Below, piece after piece: positions 17,027 to 21,080 of a stretch of 21,080 nucleotides of DNA. The notes beneath the pieces were generated by a model, which saw nothing but the letters and a program-made list of their open reading frames with translations, had not been told where the DNA came from and made no database searches. A program made the position numbers and the translations under genes. Where the stretch lies: assembly GCA_036507075.1 (NCBI GenBank), contig DASXQR010000065.1, positions 1 through 21,080 on the forward strand. The letters are read 5' to 3'. This stretch comes from Acidobacteriota bacterium (GTDB lineage Bacteria > Acidobacteriota > UBA6911 > JACQSX01). Position 1 is the stretch's first letter; each line of letters opens with the position of its first letter.

Positions 17027-17133
17027 ATCTAATTCTCCATTCAGGGATGAGATTGCCATGATACGACAAAGTCGGAGCCGCATGGAAGGTGGGTGGGCAG
17101 TATGTTCATCCGCGGTTACCTCCGTCCTGGGGG

Positions 17134-17197
17134 ACACGAATTTCACGAATTTCACGAAGTTGGTTTAGAAGATTCGTGAAATTCGTGAAATTCGTGT
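17134..17197. repeat. Perfect 25-bp inverted repeat made of 9-mers CACGAATTT
   Basis: ACACGAATTTCACGAATTTCACGAA - 14 nt - TTCGTGAAATTCGTGAAATTCGTGT. Confidence 0.92.
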
Positions 17198-17348
17198 TAT
17201 TCGTGCTCAACCCTCGTGCTCGACACTCACCTCGGCAAGAACAATACCAACTCGATTGCTCGATATAAATTCCAGTTTATCAATGGATTCCAACCTGTAA
17301 GAAGACGCTAAATGCGGATTTTGGTCGATATTGGGGGCAAAGTGGAGA

Positions 17349-18320
17349 CTATTGCGACCAGTGGGTCGGGAGCCGGTCCCAGCGGTGCTTGCGCAATTGC
17401 TGATGCAGGATATGCGGCAGAGGGCCGGCATCGCTTGCCGAGATATTGGACTCCACATGGGCGACCCTTCGCATCCCTGGAATAATAGTGCTCACCGCGC
17501 TGTTGTTCAGAATGAAACGCAGAGCCATCTCCGCCATGGTGCTGCCTGCGGGTACCAGAGGTCTGAGGGCCTCGGCGCGCTCAACGCTTGCTTCCAGGTT
17601 CTCCTTGACAAAATATATATTTCGCCAGTCTCCCTTGGGCCATGTGCTGTGCTTCGTGAGCGTCCCGGTAAGCGTGCCTTCATCGAACGGAACACGCGCA
17701 ATTACAGCGACGTCATGATCGATGCACGCGGGAAAAAGATGGTCCTCAGGATTCTGGTCAAAGATATTGTAGATTACCTGGACCGAATCGACGTGCCCGC
17801 TGCGGACCGCTTCGACCCCATTCCAGGGTTCCCACCGGTTAACGCTGATGCCCACCCCGCGTATCAGTCCCTGCCGCCGCAAGTCTTCCATTTTCCGCAC
17901 CCAGCGATCATCCCGAACCCAACTGTCTTCCCAGGTATGAAACTGAACCAGGTCGAAGCTTGGGAAAGAAGCGTTCTCCAGGCTCTTGTGAACGTATTCT
18001 TCGATATGATCGGGAGGATAGCAATCGTCCAGCGTGTACTCACGGCGGCTGGGCCATTTCAAATTCTTGGGTGGAACTTTGGTCGCCGTGTAAAGTTTTT
18101 TGCCGGGATTGGCGCGGACCAGTTGTCCCAGCAGCTTTTCACTGTGGCCGTTTCCATAGGCCCAGGCTGTATCGAAGAAATTGCACCCCAGATCGACGGC
18201 CCGCTGCAGTGCGCGCATCGACTCCTGGTCGTCGGATCCGGTCCAGCCCCCCATCCCCCACATACCGTAACCGATTTCACTTACCCGGCACCGCAGTCGC
18301 CCGAAAGTCCTGTATTTCAT
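17349..18320 (-). CDS. Aldo/keto reductase
   Basis: 323 aa. Motifs MKYRTFG...VSEIGYG, NFFDTAWAYGNGHSE (catalytic Asp/Tyr), ATKV, DLVQFH, GVGIS, QVIYNIF and STIIPG. Confidence 0.92.
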   Translation of the reverse strand: MKYRTFGRLRCRVSEIGYGMWGMGGWTGSDDQESMRALQRAVDLGCNFFDTAWAYGNGHSEKLLGQLVRANPGKKLYTATKVPPKNLKWPSRREYTLDDCYPPDHIEEYVHKSLENASFPSFDLVQFHTWEDSWVRDDRWVRKMEDLRRQGLIRGVGISVNRWEPWNGVEAVRSGHVDSVQVIYNIFDQNPEDHLFPACIDHDVAVIARVPFDEGTLTGTLTKHSTWPKGDWRNIYFVKENLEASVERAEALRPLVPAGSTMAEMALRFILNNSAVSTIIPGMRRVAHVESNISASDAGPLPHILHQQLRKHRWDRLPTHWSQ

Positions 18321-18335
18321 TCGCTCTCTTCATTT

Positions 18336-18388
18336 TTTGTGTCCTTTGTGGTGTTCTTTTGAACCACAAAGGCACAAAGGGCACGAAG
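18336..18388. repeat. CACAAAG-family inverted repeat in the divergent AKR / Gfo intergenic region
   Basis: TTTGTGTCCTTTGTGGT ... ACCACAAAGGCACAAAGGGCACGAAG. The right part is near-identical to 14311-14336. Confidence 0.78.
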
Positions 18389-18481
18389 CCAGTACAATTT
18401 TCCAGCCGAAGAGCTTATAATTTTGGCTTGCCTTTCACTACGCTAAAAATCGCCCCCGGTTTGAGGCGCAAAGGAGACTGT

Positions 18482-19810
18482 ATGGATACGCTCAATCGCA
18501 GAAAATTTTTAAAGGCCACCGGCGCTGCCCTGGTGACCGGCCCGTTCATCCGCACAGGAGGCGCGGCCAGCCTGAATGGCGAGACCATCAATGTGGCCGT
18601 CATGGGAATCCGCAGCCGCGGCCAGGCCCACATTTCCAACTTTGCAAAGATTCCCAATGTTAACGTTGCCACCATTTGTGATGTGGACGAGCGTCTGTTT
18701 CAAAGGGCCGTGGACCGGTTGAGCCAGGGCGGGAAAAAGGTAAAAACGGAAACGGACATCCGCCGGGTTCTCGACGACAAAGACATACATGCGATTTCCA
18801 TCGCCGCCCCGGATCACTGGCATGCTCTGGCGACAATTTGGGCCTGCCAGGCCGGCAAGGACGTTTATGTCGAAAAGCCGGCCTCGCACAGCATTTGGGA
18901 AGGCCGCAAGATGGTGGATGCGGCGCGCAAGTATAACCGCATCGTGCAGGTCGGAATGCAGAGCCGGAGCAGAGGGACGGTGCGCGCGGCCATGAAATTC
19001 CTCCACGAGGGCGGCATCGGCGACATTTACATGGCCAAAGGGCTTTGTTTCAAGCCGCGCGACACCATCGGAAAGAAGCCCGACAGCCCGGTGCCTCCCG
19101 GGGTGCATTATGACCTCTGGCTCGGCGCCGCTGCCAATCGCCCGTTCAACGAAAACCGGTTCCACTACAACTGGCACTGGTTCTGGGAATACGGTTGCGC
19201 CGACCTTGGCAACCAGGGCCCGCACGAAATGGACAAGGCGCGCTGGGGCCTGAACAAGAATGAATATCCGGTGAAGATCAAGTGCGCCGGCGGCCACTTT
19301 GCTTTCGATGACGACCAGGAGACGCCGAACACCCAAATGGCCACGCTGGAATATGCCGACGGCAAAATCCTTCAGTTTGAAGTGCGCGGCCTGTACACCA
19401 ATGATGAAGACAAGATTAAGATCGGCAACCTGTACTTCGGCACCAAAGGCTGGATGCATCTGAATGAAGGGACGTGGAAGACCTACCTTGGGCGCAACAA
19501 CGAGCCTGGTCCGTCGATGGATGGCAAGGGTGGGGACTCGATGGATCTGATGGGCTCGGGCGACGAGGAAGGGCACTTCGAGAATTTCGTCAAGGCCGTG
19601 CGATCCCGCAAGATGGAAGATCTCACCGGCGACATCGAGACTGGGCATCTATCGACAGCTTTATGCCACCTGTGCAACATTTCGTACCGGGTAGGACGGG
19701 AAGTCCGTTTTGACGGCAAATCAGAAACTTTCGGAAACGATTCGGAAGCGAACGCGCTGCTGAAGCGCAAAGCTTATCGAAAGCCGTTTGTGGTTCCCGA
19801 GAAAGTATAG
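18482..19810 (+). CDS. Tat-exported Gfo/Idh/MocA family oxidoreductase
   Basis: AAGGAG RBS with ATG at 18482, NRRKFLK Tat motif, VMGIRSRG, PDHWHA, GKDVYVEKP, VQVGMQSRS and HYNWHWFWEYGCADLGNQGPHEMD. Confidence 0.92.
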   Translation: MDTLNRRKFLKATGAALVTGPFIRTGGAASLNGETINVAVMGIRSRGQAHISNFAKIPNVNVATICDVDERLFQRAVDRLSQGGKKVKTETDIRRVLDDKDIHAISIAAPDHWHALATIWACQAGKDVYVEKPASHSIWEGRKMVDAARKYNRIVQVGMQSRSRGTVRAAMKFLHEGGIGDIYMAKGLCFKPRDTIGKKPDSPVPPGVHYDLWLGAAANRPFNENRFHYNWHWFWEYGCADLGNQGPHEMDKARWGLNKNEYPVKIKCAGGHFAFDDDQETPNTQMATLEYADGKILQFEVRGLYTNDEDKIKIGNLYFGTKGWMHLNEGTWKTYLGRNNEPGPSMDGKGGDSMDLMGSGDEEGHFENFVKAVRSRKMEDLTGDIETGHLSTALCHLCNISYRVGREVRFDGKSETFGNDSEANALLKRKAYRKPFVVPEKV

Positions 19811-19869
19811 ATCGCTCGGGAGCAGCGCCAAAAGCGCCGTGGCCTTTGTCATGTCAGGCAAGGATTTGC

Positions 19870-19959
19870 GGAGAGACGGCCTGAGGGCCGTCTCAGCTTG
19901 GCAATTTACTCCTCACAAAATGTAAAATTCTCCTGAGACGGCCCTCAGGCCGTCTCTCC
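19870..19959. repeat. REPIN-like element: two inverted 27-bp palindromic units, possibly also a bidirectional terminator
   Basis: GGAGAGACGGCCTGAGGGCCGTCTCAG (19870-19896) and its exact reverse complement (19933-19959) flank a 36-bp AT-rich spacer between convergent genes. Confidence 0.85.
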
Positions 19960-19979
19960 ACATTCAACTGGTTTCTCGC

Positions 19980-20993
19980 TCATCCGCTCGCTCTTTCCCT
20001 CCACGCGGCCAGCACCTGATCCATTACCCAGTTGGTGCGTGATCCTGACTCTCCAGTGCTCGGACAAGTCCCCTTTCCGTTCAGTTCATCAATGATTGTC
20101 TGAATCAGAGGCTGCTGAATGTGCGGCGGATAGGCGATCGAGAACTCCTCGGTTCCCTCGGCCGTGGTCAGGAGAATGGGACTGGCGTCAAAAGTGGAAA
20201 AAGTAATCTTTCCCTTGCTGCCGATAATCTCGGTGGAATCGACAGCGGAGAAGGCGGTAAAACACCAGACCCCCGTTCCCTGCGCGCCCGATTGGAAAAC
20301 AAAGCTTGCAGTGACCAGATCTTCGGCCGGATACAGATGTGCCTGGTTGGCGGCATGTCCAGAAACTTCCACAATCGGGCCGAACACAGAATCCAGAAAA
20401 TCGAGAGTGTGAGAGGCCAGGTCCATGAATTTTCCCGCTCCCGCAATTTCAGGAATCACGCGCCAGGGCAAGTTGTTGCGGTCCAAATCGGCCGGGTGAG
20501 GGGCCTGGTGCAAAGTGACTTTGACAAAGCGAACCGCGCCAATCGCCCCTTGCTCCACCAGTTCTTTGATTTTGAGGAATCGCGGCAGCGCTCTGCGGTA
20601 GTAGGCCACGTAGAGAGGGACATTGGCTTGCCGGCAGGCGTCTATCATCTTCTGGCATTCCTGAAAATTGCGCGCCATCGGCTTTTCCACGTAGACAGGT
20701 TTTCCGGCTGCGGCGCACAGCAGCGTGTACTGCATGTGCGATGACGGAGGAGTGGCAATGTAGAAAACATCGATCCCGGGGTGGTGCAGGATGCCCTCAA
20801 GATTGTCAAAGCAGCGCGCGATGTTATGGCGCCCGGCATAATCCCTGACTTTGTCCTGGTTGCGACCCATAACGGCAACCAGCGCCGAATTCTCGGCTTT
20901 CTGAAACGCCGGACCGCTCTTCACCTCGGTCACGTCCCCGCATCCGATCATCCCCCAGCGAATCGTCCTGATTGCTCGTTCCGACTGTCCCAT
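19980..20993 (-). CDS. Cytoplasmic Gfo/Idh/MocA family oxidoreductase
   Basis: IRWGMIGCGDV Rossmann motif, YIATPPSSH, GKPVYVEKPM, VAYYRR and GKFMDLASHTLD, with no signal peptide. The start is the ATG at 20993 (or 21023); the ORF-track N-terminus is a translated repeat. Confidence 0.9.
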   Translation of the reverse strand: MGQSERAIRTIRWGMIGCGDVTEVKSGPAFQKAENSALVAVMGRNQDKVRDYAGRHNIARCFDNLEGILHHPGIDVFYIATPPSSHMQYTLLCAAAGKPVYVEKPMARNFQECQKMIDACRQANVPLYVAYYRRALPRFLKIKELVEQGAIGAVRFVKVTLHQAPHPADLDRNNLPWRVIPEIAGAGKFMDLASHTLDFLDSVFGPIVEVSGHAANQAHLYPAEDLVTASFVFQSGAQGTGVWCFTAFSAVDSTEIIGSKGKITFSTFDASPILLTTAEGTEEFSIAYPPHIQQPLIQTIIDELNGKGTCPSTGESGSRTNWVMDQVLAAWRERASG

Positions 20994-21044
20994 AGGGCTC
21001 TTCTGCTGGAGGACTTCTCCCATCTGAAAACAAAAGCCGTCTAG

Positions 21045-21080
21045 GTCCACGTGCACGACCACGTCAACGTCCACGCCTAC
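21045..21080. repeat. Hexamer array GNNNAC x6, running off the window edge
   Basis: gtccac gtgcac gaccac gtcaac gtccac gcctac. Confidence 0.7.

Noticed and set aside
17027..17155. N-terminal extension MKFVKFV... of the TIM-barrel ORF
   Set aside because: It derives from the 9-mer repeat. The RBS and Tat motif support a start at 17026.
17207..17345. AT-richer stretch as a GxxExxY pseudogene
   Set aside because: I could find no GxxExxY or other diagnostic motif in the frames I read, so the call is unsupported without a search.
17960..18481. 174-aa N-terminal extension of the 616-aa ORF
   Set aside because: It overlaps the AKR gene on the opposite strand. A strong RBS and Tat motif place the start at 18482.

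Overview
A GC-rich bacterial window, probably Acidobacteriota (inferred from the carboxypeptidase-like-domain TonB-dependent receptor type, Tat-exported Gfo/Idh/MocA enzymes and repeat style). It is a sugar/glycoside utilisation locus with no recognisable glycoside hydrolase. A minus-strand pair (DHDPS-like aldolase plus OYE-like NADH:flavin oxidoreductase) diverges from a plus-strand run: TonB-dependent receptor, ApbE flavin transferase, DoxX, Tat Gfo/Idh/MocA, Tat TIM-barrel isomerase/lyase, Tat Gfo/Idh/MocA, DUF6807 ('PmoA') and an ExuT-like MFS transporter. These are followed by a second Tat TIM-barrel protein, an aldo/keto reductase and two more Gfo/Idh/MocA genes. Two LacI-type operators are visible. 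Two observations stand out. First, an ApbE-DoxX-Tat-dehydrogenase cassette may couple periplasmic sugar oxidation to the quinone pool through flavinylation (inference). Second, most gene junctions carry repeats from several families: 7-mer arrays, 8/9-mer hairpins, a 6-mer array and GTAG-type REP/REPIN palindromes. These include a composite element present twice and a possible palindromic insertion inside a coding sequence. All family calls come from motif recognition by eye; no database search was run.
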